NCBI RefSeq assembly: GCF_000143415.4
Contig: NW_003314274.1
Location: 1 to 64,000 of the forward strand
Direction of reading: 5' to 3'
Origin: Selaginella moellendorffii
Lineage: Eukaryota; Plantae; Lycopodiophyta
DNA length: 64,000 bases
Shown: positions 9,613 through 21,299 of the stretch, in pieces
How positions within the stretch are numbered: position 1 is the stretch's first letter
Layout of the letters: every line of letters starts with the position of its first letter
Notes under the pieces: model-generated
Database searches by the model: none
What the model saw: the letters and a program-made list of their open reading frames with translations, nothing else
Told to the model about the DNA's origin: nothing
Program-made: the position numbers and the translations under genes

Positions 9613-12600
9613 TTACGAGAACTCGAGGAGCTTCTGGACTTTGAGCTGGGCGTTTTTTAAGTCATTGTCCGCAAGATCCCGGTGTTGTAGCAATGAATAA
9701 ACTTCCTCGAGTAGATTTTGCTTTTCCCGTGAATTTGACGAATGCCGAGAGCTCATCTCATCTTCAAATGCGGCAGCCTTTTCCGCGGCACGAGCCACGC
9801 ATGATTCTGGAACCTGGATTGCAAGAAAGAGGAGCAATCTAGAATGAACAAGAGAAAACGAGCATACCTTTGCCAATCGAGCAACGTTTATGCCAAAGCT
9901 TCTGCTCGCTGCGCCGGGCTGGAGCTTGTAGAGGAACGTCACCTTTTGTGCCGCTTCTTGCACGGAGCTTTTGTCAAGGTCTCCTTCCGGGCTCTCCGCA
10001 AGATATGACATATGGTATGCTTGAACCCGGCCGGGAAAGAGCTTCACCACCTCCGTGACGTTCAAGTAGTGAGTAACGAAGAGCGTGAAGCATTGGACCT
10101 CTTGGAGAAGGTGATGGAGCGTCGCATACGCGATGGCGACGCCGTCGTGCGTGCTGGTTCCTCTTCCCAGCTCGTCGATGACTACCAGGGAGCGAGAAGT
10201 TGCCTTGTGGAGAATAGTTGAAGCTTCGCTCAGCTCCTCGAAAAACGTACTGGAGCCCCTCTGGATTCTGTCCATCGCCCCCATTCTCGTAAACACGGCA
10301 TCGAATACATGCAGTTTGGCTGTCGCGGCTGGAACATACGATCCTATCTGCACGATAACAAAACATACGGAGTGAAAAGAAATAAAGATAGCTGCGAACC
10401 TGGGACATGATTGTGATTAGAGCAACTTGACGGATGTAGCAACTTTTACCACCCATGTTTGGACCAGTGATTATTTGCGATCGTTCACCCTCACCGGAAA
10501 GAACTGTGTCATTTGGTACAAATGCATCTTGCAGAGTCGAATCTAGGACCTGCTCATGGAAAGAAATTTCAGTAAAAATATTAAACGACAAGAGCAAAAG
10601 AAACAAACCGGATGTCGACCACCTTCTATCTTCAAAAGGCACGCTTCATCCACGAACTCCGGTCGAACATACCCCTGAAGCACATTTTTCATTCAGATAA
10701 GCGTTGAAAAACACAAGGAGACAGACCTGATTGCACGAGACAACAGCAAGGGAATAAAGACAGTCGAGAGCTGCTAGTGCCTGTACTGCAGCCCGGAACT
10801 CCATGTGATAGGAGGTAAAGTCAGTCAGGAACATGTCCCATGCTTTGGCGCAAGATATATTTAATTGCTCCTTTGCAAGTGCCATTCTTTCCGATGCTTC
10901 CAAGACCTCCGGAGGATGATAGCGGTTTGCCTTTTTCGTACTGTTTATTTTAACCCAATCTGCAGGTACACGCTGCACACATGGAACCTGAAACTACAAG
11001 CTTTTAGCAATCAAATAACTGAATTGAGAAAAAGAAAGTACCTCGACCAAAAACGACGTTCCCGAGACGCTCAAGTATTCCAGATTTGAACACTTCAACA
11101 GTTTCCGATAACTGGGAAGAAAACTTTCGAGATCCTCCTCAATACTTTTTATGTTCTCTTTGCACTCGTCTACCTGAAACACGACTTAAACGAAGTCTGG
11201 GAAACGATAACAAAACCTCGGGAAACTGGCCGGCAACAAACAAGTTAATCTTATCCCCGGCAGCTGCTGCCTCTGCATTCAAACTTGTCACAAGCTTGTT
11301 TGCGTGATCTATCACTGAAGTTGAAGTCACTGCGGAGATTAGCCTGCTGAGGAGCGCAGACCTGGCGTCGCGAACCCGTTGAAACTGGGACGCTGCTTTC
11401 ATAATCGCATTAATCACGTTAATGAACTGCAGCAAACATTACGGTCAGAAAAGAATAACAAACAGGATTACAGAAAAGCAAAGGTACCTCATACGTTGTT
11501 GCTGTTTTGTGATAAATTCTTGTGATACCACGCTCAAGATCAGGCAATTTTCCCAGCAGCAACAACGTTGAAGCTAAAGTTGCAACTGTTGTACCTCTGC
11601 CTTTATCTCCAATGGATTCGGCAATTTCCGCAACGGCGTCTAAACGTTGAGAAATAAGCATGCGGTCTCTTAACGGATGGGTCACCTGAAAATAGACATG
11701 AATGAAAAAACGAAAAATCCAAGATTGTGACTGAGACCAAACTCCTTACCCAATACTTAAGCAGCCTCGCGCCAAAAGCAGTTTTTGTGTGGTTCATAAG
11801 CCAGAATAAAGATCCGTTTTCAGTACCATCAGTTTGGTTATGTAGAATCTAGAAAGAAAAAACTTGTTACTGCGTAAGTAAACGTCGCATTCAGTGATTA
11901 CCTCAAGCTGGCGGATGGTATTGGGCGAGAGCGTCATCTCTTGCTGCCCGGCAAATGGTCGGAAAAGAGCTCCTAAGCGCAATACATTTTCCAGATTAAA
12001 CTGCTTCAGGTAAGCAAATATATGCGCAAACGCAGCAACCACGATTTCTGGCATCGTCATCAACGCCTGCAAACTTCAATTCTCATCCGATAGTGTAATC
12101 AAGACAACTAGAAAATTACCTCTAACCCTGCATCAACCTTCTCGTCCAGACAGCCTTTCTTAGAAGACGCCAAGCTCCCATAGAAGTCCGCAAGAGCAGC
12201 AACAGTACCGCCATTTTCAAACGAGTTCTCAGGCGTCTTCTCGACTCGAACATCCGCTGCGACTGCATAGTCCATCAACAACTATAGAAAAATCACCATC
12301 ATTCATATACAACCCGATCAGAGAAAAGAAAACAGCTTACCTTCTTTGTAGAAGCGGACAAGGACGCAGATAAAAGAAGTTCTGCGGGAGCACACGCAAG
12401 CAACCGTGATTCCAGTTCCGTCCTGGTGACAGTGTCCATAAAGTGACCGTACATCACGTCTCCGGTCGAGGTTTCCACGGCCACCACCCCAAATCTAGCA
12501 TCAAAACTTCCCCTCACTTCATCCTTTCCAGCGTTGGCCTTGTGCTCGGTGATTGCCTCCTCCACAACACACATGATATAGCTGCTAAGACGAATAGGTC

Positions 12601-13333
12601 CATCCCTTTCCCCGCTCTCTTCTCCCCCAAGAAACTCCCCGGCCTCGAGCGTGGCCTTGGTATATAGCGCCGAGAGATCTCTCGAGAACGGGCCAGCCTT
12701 GTTCGTCCCGTGAGCTTTGATAGCCGCTGTCTCGGTCTGCTTGACAACGCCAACTTTGTAGCCAGCTTCCACAAGCCTTCTCACATGTACGTGCAGCCGG
12801 AACGTTGGAACGCTGGCAGTGAGAAAGTTGTGGCTGTAGTAAGCAACGATTCCCAAAACATTGGCTGCTTTCTCCGCATCCTCTCCGAAAAATCGAAACT
12901 TGTATCCCACCTCGACCATGAGAAGGACGTCTGGGAATTTCTTCTTGAGCTCCACAATCTGCTGCTCCAGAGGAGTAAGCTTCTCCTTCCTTGACGGCGG
13001 CTTTCCATAAAAGGAGGGATTTCCACCACCGCCATCCCTGTCCCCCTCTCCAAGAAGAACATCTACAAACTTTCTACGCCTGTCTTTAATCGCTTCCCCC
13101 GATACTCCGCAATCGGCCTTCCCATCGCCCGACCCGGCGTCTACATCTAAATTCAAGCACCGTTTCTTACTCGCGCTGGCCGCATTCTCGGCTGATCGCC
13201 TGAGATGATACGGCGATGGCCACACAAGTGTGGGAGCCCGCGATGCATCGGTCTCACCTCGCTTGAAGAAGCTGGGGATGATCGCCTGGCCCTTGGCGGC
13301 GGCAGCGCCCTCGTCCTTCTTTCTCTTTCCCAT
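9613..13333 (-). CDS. MSH3: DNA mismatch repair protein MSH3 (MutS family), multi-exon
   Basis: [35 protein letters not shown] is MSH3-type domain I. Also Walker [17 protein letters not shown] and DELGRGTST, with short GT-AG introns between the ORF pieces. Confidence 0.95.
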
Positions 13334-13345
13334 TCAAAAACTTAT

Positions 13346-13354
13346 AAACCCTAA
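13346..13354. promoter_or_regulatory. Telo-box (AAACCCTAA) just upstream of the MSH3 ATG
   Basis: Exact motif 12 bp from the start codon. Similar motifs lie near the 5' ends at ~33332, ~41464 and ~59686. Confidence 0.55.
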
Positions 13355-13360
13355 GATTCT

Positions 13361-16300
13361 TCTATATTATCAATAAATAATTTATTTTGATAAATTGTTA
13401 ATGTCCAAATTCCATGATCAATTTTTCCATTACGTCACAGCCACATATTTTCCTTTATTCTGCACACAATTAAATCTTTTTTAGTACTTAATTCATCATT
13501 TTTACTAGTAATAGTTTTATATATAGTTTCAAAAACATTCTTAAATATATGCATATAATCCTTTAAAAATGCTACTGGCAACTTATAAAAAATGGAAGTT
13601 GATAAAATGTGAATATAATCATTTTTTATCATTAGATAATGATATTTGATCTTCTTGTCTAACCAAATAATAATATGTTGCCTATTGTTTTGGAGTCATC
13701 TATCCTAGTATTGGTCAAATATAATTATGGCCATTAAATAAACTAATTAAAATTAGAATTTAATTTATGTTTTAGAAATAATAACTAAAATCTTACATTC
13801 TATTAGTAGACCTAAATAGATGATCCATAGGTAAAAAACACCAATGACTAATATATATGCATTTTTATAAACTTTGTGACTATATTCCAAGAATCTAGAT
13901 CCACAGTCTAGGTAAAAGTATTTTCCCATTAATTTGAAGTCCTGAACAAAATCATAATCCAGGAAAATCATGAATAAACTATCACATTGCTTCTCTAAAC
14001 TTTAAAACCTGTTGACCTTTTGGCTTAGAATTATCTTTCCATGGCACTTCATCCTATAATTGTTTCAACTCTTCCAAAAATAATGACCAATAAATATTAG
14101 GTACTAGGAAGTTTTAGGCCTAGAAAAATTATAAATAGAAATATTTCATTTTATTTTAAACTAATACCTGGTTTAATCATAATAAGAAATATAAATGAAG
14201 GCTTAATTGCTAAAGTTGGTGGTATATTATTATTAACTGCAACAATTGCCTAACATGAATATATTTTTGCCATTAATTTTATTGGAGAAAGATCATTTGT
14301 AGCCATAGCAAGATGTATATCTCTTGGATTTACTACAAATTTTTTTAAGATGAACCATCTGCAGACATTCTCATTATTCCATTAATGGATTGATGATAAA
14401 ATGATAAGCTAAATATTGTGTTATTTCTCTACATTGAAATTATTATTGAAGTCAAGGTATAATAGAGATAAAATAAAATTATTAATAAATTTAAATAATA
14501 AATTAATAAAAATTAATTACCTTTCAAAATGATCTGTTTCTTTTCTTAATATTCCAGTAATAACTTGCACATCTAGAATCCTTAAACAAGCCAACAAAAT
14601 AGAAACACTTGCCCCTTTATAAATAAGTAATAAATTGCCTTCATTTCCATGTAAGCCAATAAATGATCCATAGGTAAGAAACACCAATGACCATTATATA
14701 TGCATTTTTATAAATTTCATGACTATACTCCAAGAATCCAAGTCCACAGTCTAGGTAAAAGTATTTTCCCATTATTTTGAAGTCTTGAACAAAATTATAA
14801 ATGAATAAACTATCATATTGCTTCTCTAAGCTTTAAAAACTATTGACCCTTTAGCTTAGAATTATTTTTTAATGGCACTCCATCCCTTAATTGTTTCAAC
14901 TCTTCCTAAAATAATAACTAATAAATATTAAATTTTTGGACCTAGAAAAATTATAAATGTAAATATTTCATTTTAGTTTATAAACTAATACCTGGTATAA
15001 TCATAATAAGAAATATAAATGAAGGCTTAATTGCTAGAGTTGGTGGTATATTATTATTAACTGCAACAATTTCCTATATTTTTGCTATTAATTTTGTTAG
15101 AGAAAGATCATTTGCAACCATAGTAAGATGTATATTTCTTGGATTTACTGCAAAATTTGGGTAATCATCTTCAATTTTTTTTAAGTTGAACCATTTGCAG
15201 GCATTCTCATTATTCCATTAGTGGATTGATGATAAAATGATAAGTTATATATTGTGCTATTTCTCTACATTGAAATTATTATTGAAATCAAGGTATAATA
15301 GAGAAATAGTGCATTATTGTCTCAGGTATATAATTGCTAAAATCTTTGTGCTTGCTAGGAATAGAAATTTGACAAAATTGAAGGTCCTTATTCTCCTTAT
15401 GAAATAACATGAAATCATTGATGCATGAATCAATCTTTTTATAGGTAAGTCCATTATGTTAAGCGATATTTACCACTTCCTTATAATTATTTGAAAACTT
15501 TTATTTGTAGGCAACATTTTTTTAAAGAGCCTTTATCCAAATAATTAAAAATTCAATACTAAATAATAAATAAAAATTAATTACCTTACAAAATGATCTA
15601 TTGCTTGGCTTGATATTCCGATAATAACTTTCAGATGTAGAATCCTTAAACAAGCCAACAAAATAGAAGCACTTGCCCCTTTATAAATAGGTAATAAATT
15701 GTCTTCATTTCCATGTAAGCAATTTTAAAAATAATTAAATATATTATCATTCTCAAAATCATCATTGCCACTACCATTACCACCACTCAAATTAATATAA
15801 CAATCATCTGGAACTATAGGGCTTTTATCAATTTCAAAAAATTGTTATACTAAAGTAGTAGATCTGCATAATCTAATCCCTTGAATATCTTCCATTGAAA
15901 ACCATGCATCATGTGGTGCTAAAGGATGTTTACCATAAAGACGAATATGATTTATGATAATTTGTATAAGGTAAATATAATTACTTCTACACCTTAAACA
16001 CTAACATGCAACTCTCATTCCTAAATCCTAAACAAAAAACTTAATACAGATCTGAGGAAGAAAACAAAGTTGTTTTATTAGGAAATTATGTGCTAAAAGT
16101 GGGTACTATTAGTAATTTAGTTGATGTAAATATTGCTGAAATTTATGACTAAAACTTTTGGAAAACTTACATTTTAGTCACAGTTTAAAAGTTGTAAATT
16201 GCAACTCTAATTAGCAACATATATGAGCTTATCTAGCTTTAAAGAATATGTTACTACAAATTATGATTTATATTTTAGTTGTAAAGGACAACTATAATTT

Positions 16301-16455
16301 CCAACTTAAATTTGAGTAACTATAAAGCTATCACAAATTACAACTTAAAATTTGTAATAAAGCCAATTTGCTACTAACATTTAAGTTGAGTTGATTACAA
16401 CTTAAGATTTCCAACAAACACAAAAAATTTGTTGGAAAAACATATCATTATAATG
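13361..16455 (-). mobile_element. Decayed CACTA/En-Spm element (TnpD transposase remnant), copy 1
   Basis: Minus-strand relics: LPIYKGASASILLACLRILHLK, NPRDIHLAMATNDLSP...YSC...NIPPTLAIKPSFIFLIMI.PG, FLEELKQL, and SIFYKLP...DYMHIFKNVFETI...KDL. tt(g/a/c)caact repeats at 16180-16430 look subterminal, and ttataatg at 16448-16455 may be a decayed ttgtagtg end. Confidence 0.8.
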
Positions 16456-16473
16456 CTTTTACGGACTGGCAGA

Positions 16474-16633
16474 AGTCAAGTCTACGTCTTGACCTGTCGA
16501 AGTCCACAAAAAATCACCACAAAAAAAAATTGTACAAAAATCTATGTTATATAATATAGTTGATAGCCCAGTATACCAATGGCAAATCTCAAGTCCCCCA
16601 CTTTATTGACTACCTCAATTGACTCGAAGTCAA
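16474..16633. promoter_or_regulatory. W-box cluster (5 x TTGACY) upstream of RLP copy 1
   Basis: AGTCAA 16474, TTGACC 16489, TTGACT 16606 and 16619, AGTCAA 16628. Confidence 0.6.
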
Positions 16634-16729
16634 GTGTGCCAAGAATTGGTTATCAAATGTGCGTGTAAACTCTGCAAAAAGAAGAACCTCATCTTTCATG
16701 ATAGCGTTCACTCTTTGATGTTCTGATCC

Positions 16730-18871
16730 ATGGCCATGTCTCTCGCGGATTTGCTGCTGCCTTTGTTTCTACTCGTCTTTCTCACAAGATCCCGGTCACA
16801 GTGCCCCACAAATCCATCCGCAATCGTGAACGACACACAGGTTCTTCTCTCTCTCCGTGACAGGCTTGGCATCAAAGTGTGGAACGAGACTGCCAATCCA
16901 AGAGCATGGCGGGGAGTGGAGTGGAGCTCGGACAACCAAGTGGAGGGCCTCGCTCTGTCCAGGTTTAATCTCTCGGGAGTTTTTCCTGCCACCTGGGCCG
17001 AGCTTCCATCGCTGGCTCGCCTGGACCTCTCGCAAAACGGCCTCTCCTCGCTGGAAGTCCCTTGCAAAAATACGCAGCTCAACCTCCTCAACTTGAGCTC
17101 CAATTCCCTGCAAGAGTTCCCTGGAAATCTCTCCAGCCTCGAGAGTTTGGAAAGCCTGGACCTCAGTGGGAACTTCTTAACAGTGGCCGGACTCCCAAAG
17201 TTTAGCTTGACGCTGCGATCGCTCAACCTGTCCATCAACAACTTAACTGGGAGCTTTTCCATTGGTGGTAACCTGGGACTGGAGGCACTGGAACTCTCGG
17301 ACAACGGACTCAGCGGCTCCATTCCAGAAACTTTCGGGGAGATGACGAACTTGACGCGCCTGGACATATCGTATAACAGGTTTACAGGAGATCTACCCGA
17401 TATTTGGAGCAAGAACTTGGAGCTCAGGTACATGGGTATCTCCAACAATTCGCTCCAGGGTGGTTTGCCACCGAGCTTGAGAAGGCTACGCAAGCTCTCG
17501 GATTTACGCGCTGCATACAACTCTCTCTCCGGGCCACTGGAGCTGGAAGATGGCGACTTTGCAAGCATCGAGGTTTTGAACCTCGGGCTAAACTGGTTTA
17601 GCGGAACGATCCCGGCTACGCTGGGAGGCTTGAGGAACTTGAAGATCCTGGTTCTCACGGGGAATCGTTTTAGTGGCACCATCCCAGGCGAGCTCTCGAA
17701 GCTCTCGCATCTCCAGCTGCTGGTTCTCACGGGGAATCGTTTTAGTGGTGCCATACCTCCGGAGCTTGGAAACTGTTCGAACATCAGAGGGATACGCCTC
17801 GACAGCAATTACTTGACTGGAACAATCCCAGGCGAGCTCTCGAAGCTCTCACATCTCCAGCAGCTAGTTCTCAGCAGCAACGACATCGGCGGGGAGCTCC
17901 CTTCCGGACTCTCCAACTGCACCGTGCTCGTCGTTCTCTGGCTGGGAAAGAACAAGTTCTCTGGAAATCTCCCTGAGAGCTTCGGGGATTTGAGCCGCCT
18001 GCTCATTCTGGAGCTTTCCAGCAACGATCTTGTCGGTTCAATCCCGGCCATGTTGCAAAACATGTCGGCTCTGCAGTTCCTCATCCTCGAAAACAACAGA
18101 TTCAGTGGCTCCATACCGGACTGGCTTCCCAGGCTCACGAACTTACGAGCCATGGACTTCTCGGTTAACAGGTTCTCTGGGGAGATGCCGGAAAGCATTG
18201 GCCGACTGTTTGCCAACGTCCAGCTTTACAACAAGAGCAAACGGCATATGATGATTCAAACCGGAGGACTCGTCTACAACGGCTTCGCCTTCCCGACCTT
18301 CATAGACTTCTCCTTCAACCAGCTGACTGGAAGCATTCCAGCCGCCATTGGCGACCTCTACAAGCTCCAGGTGCTGGACCTGAGACACAACCAGCTAACA
18401 GGTCCCATTCCCGAGTCCCTGGGGAAGGCAAGGAATCTCTCCAAGGTGTGGCTCGCGGGGAATCGTCTCAATGGCTCCATACCATCGTCCGTGGCGGACC
18501 TCTCGTTTCTCACCATCTTCGACGTCTCCAACAACAGCCTGGTGGGACGGATACCTGACAGCCCGCAACTCTCGTCCATGGACGCGGCTCTCTTCGCTGG
18601 GAATCAGCTCTGTGGCTTGCCACTGACCAACACCTGTTCGAGCACTGCTATGCCGCCACATAAGCTTAGAACAGAGGGACAAGGTGGTAGCGAACAGGAC
18701 CAAAGAGAGGTGATAACACTTGTCAGCGTTGCGATCTTCGTGGCAGCCTTCTTCAACGCGTTCTTCTGGACCTACTTTGCGGCAAACCACAGAGCTCATT
18801 CCCATGCTGGCAATCAAATCTCTAGCTCGTCCACCATGTTGCTGCCGTCCTTTCTACCTTCCAGTTCGTAA
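16730..18871 (+). CDS. LRR receptor-like protein, copy 1 (713 aa, no kinase domain)
   Basis: Signal peptide, LRRNT-like WRGVEW, plant extracellular LRRs LxxLxLxxNxLxGxIP, island domain, FAGNQLCGLPL cap, single TM helix and short tail. Intronless. Confidence 0.93.
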   Translation: MAMSLADLLLPLFLLVFLTRSRSQCPTNPSAIVNDTQVLLSLRDRLGIKVWNETANPRAWRGVEWSSDNQVEGLALSRFNLSGVFPATWAELPSLARLDLSQNGLSSLEVPCKNTQLNLLNLSSNSLQEFPGNLSSLESLESLDLSGNFLTVAGLPKFSLTLRSLNLSINNLTGSFSIGGNLGLEALELSDNGLSGSIPETFGEMTNLTRLDISYNRFTGDLPDIWSKNLELRYMGISNNSLQGGLPPSLRRLRKLSDLRAAYNSLSGPLELEDGDFASIEVLNLGLNWFSGTIPATLGGLRNLKILVLTGNRFSGTIPGELSKLSHLQLLVLTGNRFSGAIPPELGNCSNIRGIRLDSNYLTGTIPGELSKLSHLQQLVLSSNDIGGELPSGLSNCTVLVVLWLGKNKFSGNLPESFGDLSRLLILELSSNDLVGSIPAMLQNMSALQFLILENNRFSGSIPDWLPRLTNLRAMDFSVNRFSGEMPESIGRLFANVQLYNKSKRHMMIQTGGLVYNGFAFPTFIDFSFNQLTGSIPAAIGDLYKLQVLDLRHNQLTGPIPESLGKARNLSKVWLAGNRLNGSIPSSVADLSFLTIFDVSNNSLVGRIPDSPQLSSMDAALFAGNQLCGLPLTNTCSSTAMPPHKLRTEGQGGSEQDQREVITLVSVAIFVAAFFNAFFWTYFAANHRAHSHAGNQISSSSTMLLPSFLPSSS

Positions 18872-18875
18872 TCCA

Positions 18876-20949
18876 TCACCATCGTGTGACCGCTTGATGA
18901 AGTGAACTCTTCTTATCTGCTTTCAAGGCCGCCTCCTGTATAGTTTTGAGCTTATCATGATCCTCCCACAGCCCCGCGCTCCGGTAGATGCTCGCCATCA
19001 GAACGTACGCAGCCGAGTCATTCTCGTCGATCTTCGTCAGTGCCTCGAACGCAATCCTCCCCACTTCCACTTACGGCAGGCCCTCCTCCAAACCACAGCA
19101 TCCGCTCTCAAAGGCATGCTCTCGAGGACTTTCAAGGCCTCTTCCAGTCGGTTACGAGATCCACCAAGCTGCTGTAGTGATGAATCCCGCAAACAATGCC
19201 AGAGTCCGGGTCCATTGCCTGGAAAAACTCCCTGCCTCGTTCAACTATGCCGCCGTGGCTGCAAGCAGTGATGACCGAGACAAATGTGATTGCGTTTGCT
19301 CGCACGCCATCTTCTCGCATCTCGCGAAAGGCTTCGAACACGCGCGACGTGTCACCCTGTTGGCCGAATCCCGTGATCAGTGCATTCCAGGCGACGATAT
19401 CTCGGACTGCCAGAGATCCAAACAAGTGCTCGGCCGCACTCATAACTCCGCACTTCCTGTAGAAGTTTACTCCCCACAACTTGATCGTCTTCCAGCCCAC
19501 GCCTGTAAAGCTCAGCCTGGATTCCTTCCAGCTAGGCCGTAAGTGCTACAAGAGTCCGAGAGTTTGGAGCACAGTCCACTCCAAGAGTTCCAGCCCGAGC
19601 TCACTCTCACCGTTGTCTATATATCCCTGTATCGAGCTCGTCCAAACGACAACGTCCCGGCTAGGCATGCGTTTGAAAACTGCTCGAGCTTTCACCATAT
19701 CTCCACACTTGGCATACATGTCCACCAAGCTGCTCCCGACAAATCTGTGCTCGCAGCGTCCAAACTTCGCGGCGAGAGAATGAATCTCCATCCCCTTTTC
19801 TAGGCTCTGGATTCGCACTAGCTTTCCATCTTCTCGCGGAACAGGTGGCTCGGACGCTGAAAGGTGGACGCAGGCCATGAGCGCAGCAACAAACGTTCTC
19901 TCGTCCGGATCGTCCTCCCGAGCCATGCCGAAGAACAGCTCCAAGGCCAGCTTGCTGTCTCCACTTACATCGGCCAGCCATGCCATCGAAGACCTTGCGA
20001 GCTTCCTCTAGCTTCTCACACTTCGCGTACATATCGATCAGAGTGTTCCCCACGAACACGTCCCCACAGCACCTGTTGTTTGAAGCTTCACCGTGGATAG
20101 CCACCCCGGTTTCCAAGCTCTTTCTCTTCACGAGTTGCCGAGCTCGCACAGGCGGCAAGCGCAGTAACACACGTCCGAGAGCTTGGACAGCACCCAGATA
20201 GCTTCATATCTTCGAAGAACACGAGAGCCAGCTCGCTTTCCCCGTTGTCCACAAAGCCTTGTATCAAGCTCGTCCAGAGCACGACATCACGACGAGGCAT
20301 GCTCTCGAAAACCATCCGCGCGTCGACCATGCTCCCACACTTTGAGTACATGTCACTTGGCTGCTCCCCACGAAGATATCTCCACAGCAGTGGCTTTTCA
20401 CAGCTCCATCGTGAACAGCGAGCCCCTTTTCCAGGCTCTTCGTCTTCACCATCTTTTGGTGGCCTCCTCTTTCACTTCTAGATTCGCACAGGCCTTGGCA
20501 GCAGCAACGAAAGTCCAAGACTTTGGCGAGCAGTCCATTTTCCCAAAGAACTCGAGAGCGACCTCGCTTTCTCCATTCTCTACGTAGCCCAGTATCAACG
20601 CGTTCCAGGAGACCACGTCTCACTGTGACATCTCATCGAAGACCGATCGAGCATCGAGCATGATGCCGCACTTAGCTCGAGAGGAAAACGTCTTCGCTGC
20701 AAGACGGTCCCATCTGCTTGGCTTGAGAATGGATGCCTCTGCCGGTCTCGAGACTAGCCTCCTTGACGAGCTTCCCATCGACCAAAACAGCGTCTTCCTT
20801 CGCCGCGAGGCTGCTACAAGCCTTTGCCGCGTCCTGGAGTTTGGCTTGCAGCCCGACCGCCTGGCTTGCATCCTCTCGAAGAGATCCAGAGCCACATCGC
20901 TCTCGCCATTGGACACGTAGCCCAGCATCAAGGACATCACGTTTGGGTG
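18876..20949 (-). pseudogene. PLS-E class PPR pseudogene, copy 1
   Basis: Repeated LVDMYAKCG..ARAVF..MP.RDVV.W motifs across several frames, terminal E motif AAYVLMASIYRSAGLWE, and many frameshifts. Confidence 0.9.
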
Positions 20950-21290
20950 CCATCCTACTCGGGCCTGAAAGTAAACATGCAACGCCAGGAGGCCTAAGCT
21001 TGTCAAAACTGTGTTTACCAATGCGATGGTGCTCTGTGCCTGTAAAGCTTTTCCAAAAATTTCTCACACTCGGAAACCAAAAAAAAATCCAACTTTGAGC
21101 GTTCCAGTAGTTGTAGAGAGTGTCATACAAGCAGAAGTTTATCGCAAGCGTTGGGCCTATGGCAGGAGTCAAGTCTGTGGCATTTGGCAGGGAGGAAAAC
21201 CAATACCAAAAGCATTGGTCAGAGTTCCTTATAAAGGCTAAGAAAGCTCTCCTGTTGATGGATTGTGGAAAGCGTGTGATAGATGCAGAC
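20950..21290 (-). pseudogene. Mitochondrial carrier (SLC25) fragment, copy 1
   Basis: HTLSTIHQQESFLSLYKEL*PMLL and AIGPTLAINFCLYDTL resemble carrier motifs EG..GLYKG and GP..AI.F..Y.TL, with stops. Confidence 0.7.
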
Positions 21291-21299
21291 GCACGGCAA

